This document shows, piece after piece, positions 9,922 to 18,875 of a stretch of 64,000 nucleotides of DNA (positions are counted from its first letter, which is position 1; each line of letters begins with the position of its first letter). A program made the position numbers and the translations under genes. Source of the DNA: Minisyncoccota bacterium (GTDB lineage Bacteria > Patescibacteriota > Minisyncoccia > JAHIHE01 > JAGLIN01); NCBI GenBank assembly GCA_028690055.1, contig JAQVBZ010000001.1, positions 20,452-84,451 on the forward strand, written 5' to 3'. The notes beneath the pieces were generated by a model. It was not told the origin of the DNA. It saw only the letters and a list, made by a program, of their open reading frames with translations, and ran no database searches.

Positions 9922-10722
9922 TTATACAATAGTATCCTCCAGAATCGCATCAAGCTTATCTTCGAGCTCTTCCAATTTGATTTTGCTTTTCTTGCCTTTG
10001 CTTTCTTCTTTCTTCTCTTTACTCGGCGCCTTTTCAATCTTGCTTTCTTCTTTCTTCTCTTCTATCTTTGCCTCTTCAGACTTCAGCACCGATTCTTCCT
10101 CTTTCACTTCTTCTTTCTCCTTTTCCTCTTTCACTTCTTCAATTTCGAGTGTTGCTTCTTTCACTGCCACCTCTTCTTTTTTCTCTTCTTCTACCGTTTC
10201 CACAGCTGGCTCTACTGCTTTCACTTCTTCTTTCTTTTCGGCACCTGTTTCTTTCCTTGCAGTTTTACGGTCTTCTTTCCCTTTGCTGTTTTCAGCTTCT
10301 TCTCTTTCCTGCTCGGCTTTTTTGCGAGCAAAGAGTGTTTGCAGTCTCTCCCATTCTTCCTTAGTCATCGGGTCGGCTTCGAGGATGATGTGTCTGAGTA
10401 CGACTTTGCTGAGTCGCAAGTATTCGTCGATTTCTTCGATTTTCTTGCCCTCTGCTTCGAAATTGACGAGACAGTAGTAACCGAATCTTTCGTGCTTGAT
10501 CAAGTAAGCCAATTTTCTTTTCACGACCGGCAGAGCCTTGATTTCATCGGGTTCGTCTTCTTTGCTCATTCCGGCCTTGGTGAGGAACGGGTGTTCAAGC
10601 AAAGTCTCAAGCATCTTACCACCGAATTTTTCAATGTGCTTCTGCACATCTTGGAAATTCTTTACGATCTCTTCGCTGGTTTCTGACGCCGGAAGGATGT
10701 AAAGGAGTTCGTAATTTTTCAT
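9922..10722 (-). CDS. rpsF: 30S ribosomal protein S6 with internal insertion and long E/K-rich C-terminal extension
   Basis: MKNYELLYIL, KRKLAYLI..GYY and VLRHII motifs; first gene of the rpsF-ssb-rpsR operon. Confidence 0.9.
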   Translation of the reverse strand: MKNYELLYILPASETSEEIVKNFQDVQKHIEKFGGKMLETLLEHPFLTKAGMSKEDEPDEIKALPVVKRKLAYLIKHERFGYYCLVNFEAEGKKIEEIDEYLRLSKVVLRHIILEADPMTKEEWERLQTLFARKKAEQEREEAENSKGKEDRKTARKETGAEKKEEVKAVEPAVETVEEEKKEEVAVKEATLEIEEVKEEKEKEEVKEEESVLKSEEAKIEEKKEESKIEKAPSKEKKEESKGKKSKIKLEELEDKLDAILEDTIV

Positions 10723-10830
10723 TCTTTTTTCTTAATATAATAAATTATGATTTTGGCACAAAAAATACAGATATATATGGACCTAGGACGTAGCGGTACT
10801 ACGCCATATATCTTTACCTTTCGATGCTTT

Positions 10831-10859
10831 ATCCTAACATGGTTTTTCAGGTTTGGCAA
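10831..10859 (-). promoter_or_regulatory. Probable sigma70 promoter of the rpsF operon
   Basis: TTGCCA-17 nt-TAGGAT with TG extension on the minus strand. Confidence 0.5.
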
Positions 10860-10941
10860 GCGGTTATGTGGACTGACATGTGGACTGATAAATCTGTATA
10901 GTCTTTATTATCTTTAATCCCGAATAGGTCGGTTTTAAAGA

Positions 10942-11142
10942 TTCCCTTCTCGAGAGGGGAAGAACCGTCATGGCTTTAGCCATAACGTTGTGAGGGGTGT
11001 GTTGAATGTGCGAATGACTGAAGGTTTACATCTTATAAAAACAATGCCTGATATCGTAATTGTGAGTAGCAGACCGTCTCCACGCACCCCGCGTGACAAC
11101 AATACTACGCTTATGTTGGCGCTACCTCTCCCGAGAGGGGAA
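10942..11142. repeat. Palindromic REP doublet (family F, ccctctcgagagggg type)
   Basis: Inverted arms ttcccttctcgagagggga...ggggtgtg and cacccc...cctctcccgagaggggaa. The right arm matches 22478-22535 in reverse complement. Confidence 0.7.
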
Positions 11143-11576
11143 TTAAAAAGATACCCTGTTATATCGTTTAGCTGAAAAAGAAAAGAATTCAGGACAGTTC
11201 GGTTAGGTATGATTATTAAAAAAACACGTCTGTGAAGATATGTCTCGGAACAAAGAAGCCTATAAAGAGAAGAAAACAATACTTAAGTATTGTTTGTTGT
11301 GAGTTGAATTTTTTTTGGGAGAGTTTTTGTTTTTTGAAGGGTGATTTTTTGAGGTGAGATGGGATAACACTATTTTGTTTTTTATTGAGGAGGAGATAGA
11401 GGGATGTCTCTGCACTTAAAGAAATCCTTTAAGTTCAAGGATATCCTCCTTCCTCTTCCTTATCTATATTTTACACCTCTAATAAAATACGTCAATAGCG
11501 CATTTTTCCTTTTATTCAAGCCAAAATATACGCTAGCGAAACGGGAGTAATGGATTCTAAGAGTAAAATATATTGC

Positions 11577-11683
11577 GGAGTAGCGGGATTCATCCCGCGC
11601 GGTTGTCACAAGCCGAAAAATGCGTCGTATATCTTTCACTATTCTCTCGTGGGATAACAGCGCAGACTAAAGTCTGCTACTCC
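11577..11683. repeat. GTAG-type REP doublet (family B)
   Basis: ggagtagcgggattcatcccgcgc...gcgcagactaaagtctgctactcc; seven full copies in the window. Confidence 0.9.
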
Positions 11684-11714
11684 ATTTTTTTCTATCCGTT
11701 TCTACTCCTTCAAT

Positions 11715-12788
11715 CTATATCTTAAATTCAATCACATCTCCATCCTGTACAATATATGTCTTACCCTCGGTTCGCAGCAGTCCTTTTTCCGCCGCATTTC
11801 CTAGTGAACCCGCCTCGATCAGTTTCTGCCAATTGATGACGCTGGCGCGGATGAATCTTTCTTCAAAGTCGCTATGGATGGCACTGCCGGCTTGGGGCGC
11901 GGTCGAGTCTTTTTTGATAGTCCAGGCTCGGGTCTCGTCTGTACCGGTGGTAAGGAAGGTAATGAGACCGAGCAGGTCGTAGCAACGTGTGGTTAAATCT
12001 TCCAGTGAAGAAACCTTCGGATCCAGCTCCGCTTCTGCTCGAAAAACTTCCGCTTCTTCGGCTTCGAGTTCTCTCAGCTCCAGTTCGAATTGGATAGGGA
12101 GGAAAATCTTATTTTTGATATCGGGCAAGATGGCGTCTAGTTCGGCAGCTTTCTGCTCTTCGCTGACATTGACGACGTAGAGGACCGGCTTGTTGGTGAG
12201 GAGTTGCAGTTCTTTCACAACTTCTTTTTCTTTCTCATCCAGCACTACGGAGTTGGCCATCTTTTCGTCTTCAAGCGCGACTTTGTATTTTTCCAAGACT
12301 GCCTTGAGCGTGATAGCCTTTTTATCTCCCGAACGCACTTCTTTCTCTATTTTAGAAAGCCGTTTGTCTACCGTGTCCAAATCCGCCAAGATGAGTTCGG
12401 TATTGATTACGTCGACATCATGCGCGGGGTCTACTTTGTCGTGCACGTGTGTAATCTTGCCACTCGGAAATCCTCGGACGATGTGCGCGATCATATCTAC
12501 CTCGCGGATGTTGGCGAGGAATTTATTTCCCAGTCCTTCACCCTCGTGCGCGCCCTCGACCAGTCCGGCGATGTCTACGAACTCTATCGCGGTGGGAATG
12601 GTCTTGGCGCTCTTGGAAAACACGGTCAGTTTTTCCAATCTCTCGTCAGGCACTTTAACGATGCCCACATTAGGGTCGATGGTGCAGAAAGGGTAGTTCG
12701 AGATGTCGATCTCTTTTTTGGTCAGGGTCTTGAAAAGCGTGGACTTGCCGACATTGGGCAGTCCGACGATGCCTACTGAAAATCCCAT
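11715..12788 (-). CDS. ychF: Redox-regulated ATPase YchF
   Basis: GIVGLPNVGKSTLF, NYPFCTIDPN, DIAGLV, GLGNKFL and a TGS domain. Confidence 0.98.
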   Translation of the reverse strand: MGFSVGIVGLPNVGKSTLFKTLTKKEIDISNYPFCTIDPNVGIVKVPDERLEKLTVFSKSAKTIPTAIEFVDIAGLVEGAHEGEGLGNKFLANIREVDMIAHIVRGFPSGKITHVHDKVDPAHDVDVINTELILADLDTVDKRLSKIEKEVRSGDKKAITLKAVLEKYKVALEDEKMANSVVLDEKEKEVVKELQLLTNKPVLYVVNVSEEQKAAELDAILPDIKNKIFLPIQFELELRELEAEEAEVFRAEAELDPKVSSLEDLTTRCYDLLGLITFLTTGTDETRAWTIKKDSTAPQAGSAIHSDFEERFIRASVINWQKLIEAGSLGNAAEKGLLRTEGKTYIVQDGDVIEFKI

Positions 12789-12903
12789 ATGTATAAAATT
12801 AAATGTATATTAACTATACTTAAACTTAGCCTGAAGTCGGCTCAAAGTCAATAAAATAAGGAACCTTTTCTGCCGTCATTCCGGTTTAGAAAGTTCCCGA
12901 TAA

Positions 12904-13233
12904 TTATTTTTCTTTTCCCAAAATTATGTCTTGAATCTTATCTATTAGTTCGTGTTCACCCGACATAAATTCTTTTATCAGGGCGAGCCCGGTCGTTCCC
13001 CATACTATTTTGGGAATAAATATTCCTATCAGTACGAGGCCAACCGTCGTTATTAGTAGACGGAAAAGCATTCTCTTCTTGTTGTCTTTTTTGTTTTTCT
13101 TTATTTCCTCCCTCAGTTTTCCTGCAAATTTATCGAGTATCTTTATTAAGGTCGCACGGTCCTTCTGATTCATTTTTTCGGCTACTTTGATTAATAGCCC
13201 GAGGTCTGTTTCCTCCGTCGGTCTCACCTTCAT
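12904..13233 (-). CDS. Small hypothetical membrane protein
   Basis: ~109-aa ORF with a basic helix then a hydrophobic segment; TTGACT-17-CATAGT lies immediately upstream, so it may be leaderless. Confidence 0.6.
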   Translation of the reverse strand: MKVRPTEETDLGLLIKVAEKMNQKDRATLIKILDKFAGKLREEIKKNKKDNKKRMLFRLLITTVGLVLIGIFIPKIVWGTTGLALIKEFMSGEHELIDKIQDIILGKEK

Positions 13234-13397
13234 CACACTATGTCATCGATGCGGAAAAAAGTCAACACCCAATATTTTCCATGCTTCGTATTATTTTCAT
13301 CTTAAAGTGAAGGATCTAAGGTATCGTCCTCCTGATTTCTTTATCCAAATCGAATCTTTTGCTATAATAAAGATATAACAAAAATAAAAACACAAAT

Positions 13398-14474
13398 ATG
13401 ATAACCAAATATATCGGTGAGATAAATCAGGCGTTGGAATTCTATGTCGGTGCGGGGATTTCTCCCTATGCGATTGTTGTTTTGCTTCTAACCGGGTCCT
13501 TTTTCTTAGCGCAGGTCATAAGCTTTATCTTTTCCCATATCATTGTAAAGCTTACAATCAGGACTAAGCTTGAGGGGGATGATAAGATTATAAAAATTCT
13601 GGAGCCTTCTATCTTTTACTCGGTGCTGTTTTGGGGTTTTTATCAGGCTCTTTTCTTTATGGAATTTCTTGACGGTTACGTCATCTATTTTTCATACATC
13701 ATACAGTCTCTCACAATAATAGTCTGGGTATCGGCTATATCTAAGATTGTGCAGATAATAATTGGTGGACTAGGGTCGCGAGTCGCGGCAAGATCCAAAT
13801 ACGCCGTGGATGAGGGGATGGTCCCACTTTTTAATAATGTGAGCAGTATCGTAGTCTGGTTTCTTGGTGTTGCTGTTCTGCTCCGGGTCTGGAATCTGGA
13901 TCTGACTCCTCTCCTGGCTTCGGCGGGGATTGCAGGTTTGGCGGTCGCTCTTGCGGCACAGGAGACTATCTCTCATATCTTTGGTGGACTTTCCCTTTAT
14001 CTTGATAAGCCTTTTCGTGTAGGGGATCGGGTTCAACTAGACAGTGGAGAAATCGGAGATGTGCTGGAGATAGGGATCCGTTCCACCAAGATAAAAACTT
14101 TCGATGAAACGGTCGTTATTATCCCCAATAATATTGTTGCCAGTTCGCGTATTATCAATTACAATAAGCCGAAGTCCAAAATCAAGGTAAAAATAGACAT
14201 GAGCTTGGCTTACGGCACGAATGTCAATAAGGCCAAGGCGGCGATATTGGACGTGCTTGAAACTACGGAGGGAGTAGAGAAGGATCCGTCGCCGTCGGTG
14301 TATTTCACTGAGATGGGGGATTTTGCTCTCAAATTTCTGGCGGTAGTGTGGGTTGCCAATCCCAAGAAGCAGTTCGTCACAAAGACGCTTCTGACGGAAA
14401 AACTCTATGAGAGGATTAATAAAGAGAAATTTATCATTCCTTATCCTACGCAGGAGGTCCATATAAAAAGATAA
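13398..14474 (+). CDS. mscS: Small-conductance mechanosensitive channel (MscS family)
   Basis: LLASAGIAGLAVALAAQET, DKPFRVGDRV, IGIRSTKI, IPN and IPYPTQ. Confidence 0.95.
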   Translation: MITKYIGEINQALEFYVGAGISPYAIVVLLLTGSFFLAQVISFIFSHIIVKLTIRTKLEGDDKIIKILEPSIFYSVLFWGFYQALFFMEFLDGYVIYFSYIIQSLTIIVWVSAISKIVQIIIGGLGSRVAARSKYAVDEGMVPLFNNVSSIVVWFLGVAVLLRVWNLDLTPLLASAGIAGLAVALAAQETISHIFGGLSLYLDKPFRVGDRVQLDSGEIGDVLEIGIRSTKIKTFDETVVIIPNNIVASSRIINYNKPKSKIKVKIDMSLAYGTNVNKAKAAILDVLETTEGVEKDPSPSVYFTEMGDFALKFLAVVWVANPKKQFVTKTLLTEKLYERINKEKFIIPYPTQEVHIKR

Positions 14475-14493
14475 ATAGTTAAGGAATAAGTTT

Positions 14494-15696
14494 ATGCAAG
14501 CTGTAATTCTGGCTGCGGGAAAATCTACCCGCACCTATCCTCTCACTCTGACTAAGCCGAAGCCTCTTTTGAAGGTGGCAAACTTGACCATAGTCGAACG
14601 CAATCTAGAGCAATTGCGAGGCCTGGTTGACGAGGTGATCATGGTGGTAGGATATCAGTCGGACATGATCAAGGGGTTCTTAGGTGAAAATTATCGGGGC
14701 ATGAAGATAAGATATGTCTCGCAGGAAGAGACGTCCGGCACCGCCAGTGCTTTCAGTCTGACCAAGCAATATGTACAAGGCAAATTTATTCTTATGTTCG
14801 GCGATGACCTTTACAGTCGAGCGGATATTCGCAATCTTGCGAAATACAACAATGCCATCTTGGCGCAAAAGGTAGAGGACCCTTCCCGTTTCGGCGTGTT
14901 GAAAGTGGAAGGAGATAAATTTCTGGAAGTCATTGAGAAGCCGCAAGAATTCATTTCTGATCTGGTAAGTATAGGTTGCTTTATTTTTACTCCGGAAATC
15001 TTCAACGTTTTGGAAGATATCAAACTTTCCCAAAGAGGGGAATACGAGCTCACTGATGCTTATAATTTTTTAGCTCAAAAAGAGGAGATTAAGGTTGTTT
15101 CAGCTAAGGATTTCTGGCTTCCAATCACTTTTCCGTGGAGTCTATTGCGTGCGAATAGTTTTCTTCTGCAGAGAACCAAGACCGATATCAGCAAAAAATC
15201 CAAAGTAGAAAAAGGTGTTATTATTAAAGGGCAGGTGATTATCGGAGAGAAAACTGTCATTAAGTCCGGTGTATATATTGAAGGGCCAGTCGTAATCGGG
15301 GAAAAATGTGTAATCGGACCTAATGCTTATCTACGTGCAGGTACGACTATCGGGGACAACTGTCATATCGGTCAGGCGGTAGAAATCAAAAATTCCATTA
15401 TCGGTGACAATACCAATGTGGCGCATCTTTCTTATGTCGGTGATTCTGTCTTGGGTGATAATGTAAATTTCGGTGCCGGCACTATCACAGCCAATTTGCG
15501 TCACGATGACAAGAATATTAAATCATTGGTGGGTGATAAAGTGATGGATTCTGAGATGAAAAAAATGGGCGTGATCGTGGGTGATGGCTGCAAGACCGGA
15601 GTGCACACCTCTTTCTATCCCGGCGTCAAAATGGACCCGGGCACGACGACGTTGCCGGGAGATGTCGTGGTGAGGGATATAAAAAAAAGTGAATAG
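14494..15696 (+). CDS. Bifunctional sugar-1-phosphate nucleotidyltransferase/acetyltransferase (archaeal-type GlmU-like)
   Basis: AVILAAGKSTRTYPLT..PKPLL N-domain, hexapeptide left-handed beta-helix, HLSYVGDS and GAGTITANLRHD. Confidence 0.9.
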   Translation: MQAVILAAGKSTRTYPLTLTKPKPLLKVANLTIVERNLEQLRGLVDEVIMVVGYQSDMIKGFLGENYRGMKIRYVSQEETSGTASAFSLTKQYVQGKFILMFGDDLYSRADIRNLAKYNNAILAQKVEDPSRFGVLKVEGDKFLEVIEKPQEFISDLVSIGCFIFTPEIFNVLEDIKLSQRGEYELTDAYNFLAQKEEIKVVSAKDFWLPITFPWSLLRANSFLLQRTKTDISKKSKVEKGVIIKGQVIIGEKTVIKSGVYIEGPVVIGEKCVIGPNAYLRAGTTIGDNCHIGQAVEIKNSIIGDNTNVAHLSYVGDSVLGDNVNFGAGTITANLRHDDKNIKSLVGDKVMDSEMKKMGVIVGDGCKTGVHTSFYPGVKMDPGTTTLPGDVVVRDIKKSE

Positions 15697-15707
15697 CATA
15701 AGCTCCT

Positions 15708-15868
15708 ATTTTGTTATTTTGAATTGTAGGGGCTCAATATCTTGTGCTCTTGCGATTGTGAATCTGCTAATAACGCCATATGATATTAAGTTCTTTGTAA
15801 TATAACGTCGGTAGAGAATGAAATGTTTCCCATATTCCTCAATCGCTCCGCTCATTTCGGAATGACAA
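15708..15868. repeat. Composite palindromic element (family C GTAG REP plus family A half), inverted partner of 16649-16779
   Basis: gtaggggctcaatatcttgtgctc ... attcctcaatcgctccgctcatttcggaatgacaa. Confidence 0.75.
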
Positions 15869-15931
15869 ATAGAATCTGGTTTCTGACGATATATAATTTT
15901 GACGTTTATGTTTAAAAAGTAGTGCTCATCT

Positions 15932-16561
15932 ATGAAAATATATTTAGATTTTGACGATACTATCTTTGATACCCGCGCTTTTGCCGAAGATCTCAGCCGG
16001 ATTTTTGAGCGTGTAGGTTTCTCGGAAAAAGATTTTTTTGATAATTATGCCCTTGTTAGGGATAATCGGGGAGGGCTTGATCTCGATGCTCTTTTTAATC
16101 AGCTATCCCGCCAGAGAGAATTCGATATTCGCAAGACTAGGCGCAGTGTAGATAATCTTTTTGCCAACGTGGATGTTTTTGTTCACAACGATTTTTTCGA
16201 TTTCGCAAGGGGCTTTTCTAAAGAGGATTTGACACTGCTTTCTTACGGCCCGACGCTTTCCCAGCGAGAGAAGATTGAGAATTCCAAGGTTATCCCCTTT
16301 TTCAATGAAATTATTGTGACTTCCCGAAGCAAAGAGGAGAGTTTTCCGGACATACTCCGTAAATATCCGAGTGAAGAATTGTTTTTTGTGGATGACAAAG
16401 CTGACCAGATCGATCGCGTCAAGACGGTGGCTCCGTCCGTGGTAGTGATGAAGATGGAACGCCCGGGAGGACGGCATACGGGCATCAAATCCGAATTGGC
16501 GGATCATATCGTAAAAGATTTTTATGACGTGGCGGAGATTATAAAAGGCAAAAGTAAATAG
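15932..16561 (+). CDS. HAD-superfamily hydrolase
   Basis: Motif I LDFDDTIFD, a motif III lysine and motif IV FVDD. Confidence 0.85.
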   Translation: MKIYLDFDDTIFDTRAFAEDLSRIFERVGFSEKDFFDNYALVRDNRGGLDLDALFNQLSRQREFDIRKTRRSVDNLFANVDVFVHNDFFDFARGFSKEDLTLLSYGPTLSQREKIENSKVIPFFNEIIVTSRSKEESFPDILRKYPSEELFFVDDKADQIDRVKTVAPSVVVMKMERPGGRHTGIKSELADHIVKDFYDVAEIIKGKSK

Positions 16562-16648
16562 TAGGGATATAGAATTTCGAATAGGTGTCATTCTGAGGTA
16601 CCCCCGAAGAATCCCAGTCTATCTCGCGTAGTGCAGTACCTTTTTTGA

Positions 16649-16779
16649 TTGTCATCCCGAAAGGCGTACTCGATTGAGGAATCTGGGAAATATAGAAGAC
16701 TCTATGAGTGATATTAATAAGAGCATTACTAGCTCAAGGGTACAAGATATTGTGCCCCTACAATTCGAAATTACAAAAT
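16649..16779. repeat. Composite palindromic element (family A half plus family C GTAG REP)
   Basis: ttgtcatcccgaaaggcgtactcgattgaggaatctgggaa ... acaagatattgtgcccctacaattcgaaattacaaaat. Confidence 0.75.
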
Positions 16780-16872
16780 GAACCTTTTATTGCATAGAGG
16801 AAGGCAAGGTGGTGATATATAATTTTACTATCCACATCAAATCAAATTAATTTACTATAAGCTGTAAAAAAT

Positions 16873-18237
16873 ATGGAGAAGATAAGTGAAGGGGTGTTCA
16901 AAGCTTATGATATCCGGGGCATCTATCCGAGCGAGATCGATGAAGATTTTGCTTACAAGTTAGGAAGGGGTTTTTCTACATTCGTGCTGGAAAAGAATCC
17001 TGCAGCCAAATCAGTTGTGCTTAGCAGCGATATGAGACTTTCTTCGCCGGCTCTGCGTGTCGAGGTGGAGCGAGGCATCCTTGATAGCGGACTCAACGTT
17101 ATCGATATCGGATTGGCGAGCACGCCGACTTTCTATTTTGCGGTCGCTTACTATGGCTACGACAGTGGTATCCAGGTTTCAGCTTCGCACAATCCCAAAG
17201 ATTACAACGGTTTCAAAATGGTGCTCGGAGGTGGTTTTCCGGTCAGCAAGAATTCCGGAATTATGCGCATTAAGGAGATAATGTTAAACGAAACTTTTGT
17301 GAATAAGGTTGAGCAAGGGACGATTTTTAAAGAGGAAAGCGTATTAGAAGACTTGGCAAATGAGCAGTTGGCCAACTTCGATATGAGCAGGATTCGGAAA
17401 TTCAAAATCGTTATAGACGCTTCCAATGCTATGGGGGCTTTGGATATGGAAGAATTTTTCAATCGTGTACCGGGTGATATCGTGAAGATGAATTTCACTC
17501 TGGATGGCAGCTTTCCTGTGCACGAGGCGGATCCGCTCAAAGAAGAGAATCTTGAAGCGCTACAAAAGGCGGTCGTGGAGAATGGAGCCGACTTCGGCAT
17601 CAGTATCGACGGTGATGCCGACCGATATTTCTTCGTGGATGAGAAGGGCGATTTGTTGCGGCAGGAAATCTTGCGTGGAATCATGGCGCAAATCGAACTC
17701 AAAAGAAGTCCCGGCGAGGTGGTTTGCTATGATATCCGTCCGGGCAGAATCACTCGAGATATGATCGAGGAGATGAAAGGAGATCCGATCGTGACTCCGG
17801 TCGGGCATTCACTCATAAAGGAAATTATGATTGAAAATGACGCGGTGTTCGGTGGCGAGTCATCCGGCCACTATTTTTACCGGGAGCATTACGGGACTTT
17901 CGAGATGCCATTCTTGTTGGTGTCGCGTTTCTTACAGTTTCTTTCCAGTGAAGATAAGACTTTTTCACAGATGATGGTGCCGTACAAAAAATACTTCCAC
18001 TCCGGTGAAATTAATCGCAAAGTTGCGGACTCGAAGGCTGTACTGGAAAAATTGAAAGAGAAGTACAAAGACGCTAGCCTTTCCGAGATCGATGGCATCA
18101 CGATTGAATACCCCGACTTCTGGTTTAATGTCCGGACTTCCAATACCGAGCCTCTGGTGCGTCTCAACTTGGAGTCGAAGAGTAGGGAACTGACCGATGA
18201 GAAAGTACGGGAAGTTTTAGAGGTGATTGAAGGATAA
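16873..18237 (+). CDS. manB: Phosphomannomutase/phosphoglucomutase
   Basis: FKAYDIRG, SASHNP, DGDADR, GESSGH and RTSNTEP. Confidence 0.93.
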   Translation: MEKISEGVFKAYDIRGIYPSEIDEDFAYKLGRGFSTFVLEKNPAAKSVVLSSDMRLSSPALRVEVERGILDSGLNVIDIGLASTPTFYFAVAYYGYDSGIQVSASHNPKDYNGFKMVLGGGFPVSKNSGIMRIKEIMLNETFVNKVEQGTIFKEESVLEDLANEQLANFDMSRIRKFKIVIDASNAMGALDMEEFFNRVPGDIVKMNFTLDGSFPVHEADPLKEENLEALQKAVVENGADFGISIDGDADRYFFVDEKGDLLRQEILRGIMAQIELKRSPGEVVCYDIRPGRITRDMIEEMKGDPIVTPVGHSLIKEIMIENDAVFGGESSGHYFYREHYGTFEMPFLLVSRFLQFLSSEDKTFSQMMVPYKKYFHSGEINRKVADSKAVLEKLKEKYKDASLSEIDGITIEYPDFWFNVRTSNTEPLVRLNLESKSRELTDEKVREVLEVIEG

Positions 18238-18262
18238 GGTTTTTCGTCTTTATAAAAAAATA

Positions 18263-18292
18263 AAAAGGGTTTCCGGTTGGAAATCCTTTTTT
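18263..18292. terminator. Bidirectional terminator
   Basis: aaaaagggtttcc-ggtt-ggaaatccttttt between convergent genes. Confidence 0.65.
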
Positions 18293-18341
18293 AGTATAAA
18301 AATATTTTTTCTTTAGTGTCTTCTTTCTTTTTTGTTTAGAA

Positions 18342-18563
18342 TTAACCTTGCAGGCCTATAGCATTCATGGCTGCCCACATATTTATGTCGTTCTCTGCAT
18401 CTTTAAGAATTTGCTTAATCCTTTTTTTATCAGTGACGCCCCGTAGCCTTTTCTCTGTTGTTTTCCGAAGCTCATCGTTTCGAATGTCAGAAAGTTTTCT
18501 TATTTTTTCTCTTCCGTCTTCGTCGTTTGCTGTTTCAAATTCCGCATTACTTAATGTTGTCAT
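18342..18563 (-). CDS. Small charged hypothetical protein (73 aa)
   Basis: SD GAGGAGG before the ATG at 18563, its own consensus promoter and a downstream terminator. Confidence 0.7.
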   Translation of the reverse strand: MTTLSNAEFETANDEDGREKIRKLSDIRNDELRKTTEKRLRGVTDKKRIKQILKDAENDINMWAAMNAIGLQG

Positions 18564-18634
18564 TTTTGTTTTACCCTCCTCTTCAATGGATGACAATCGT
18601 CATACTTTATCATACGATTGCAAACCTACTTCTC

Positions 18635-18663
18635 ATTATAGTACTGCAATAATTATGTGTCAA
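18635..18663 (-). promoter_or_regulatory. Consensus sigma70 promoter
   Basis: TTGACA-17 nt-TATAAT on the minus strand. Confidence 0.75.
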
Positions 18664-18800
18664 TCGTCAAAAGATGCCCCTAATAAGCCAAAAAATGTAA
18701 CATGCTGGGAAGTAAAATATTGATTTTGACGAGTTTTTGTATATAAATGGGGCGAAAAATTTTGTCTGATTTGCATTCTTTTAAACTTGTGCTAGGCTAT

Positions 18801-18840
18801 AAGTATGACAAGTTATGACGAAGTGTGAAAAGTTATGAAA
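18801..18840 (+). promoter_or_regulatory. Four 10-bp-phased direct repeats, candidate RHH operator
   Basis: aagtatgaca / agttatgacg / aagtgtgaaa / agttatgaaa immediately after TTGCAT-16-TAGGCT. Confidence 0.55.
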
Positions 18841-18875
18841 AACTATCATGCGTTCTTATTTTTAAATCATATAAT

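Noticed and set aside
10866-10888. Direct repeat atgtggactga x2 resembling DnaA boxes or oriC
   Set aside because: Multiple mismatches to TGTGGATAA, only two copies and no dnaA/dnaN context.
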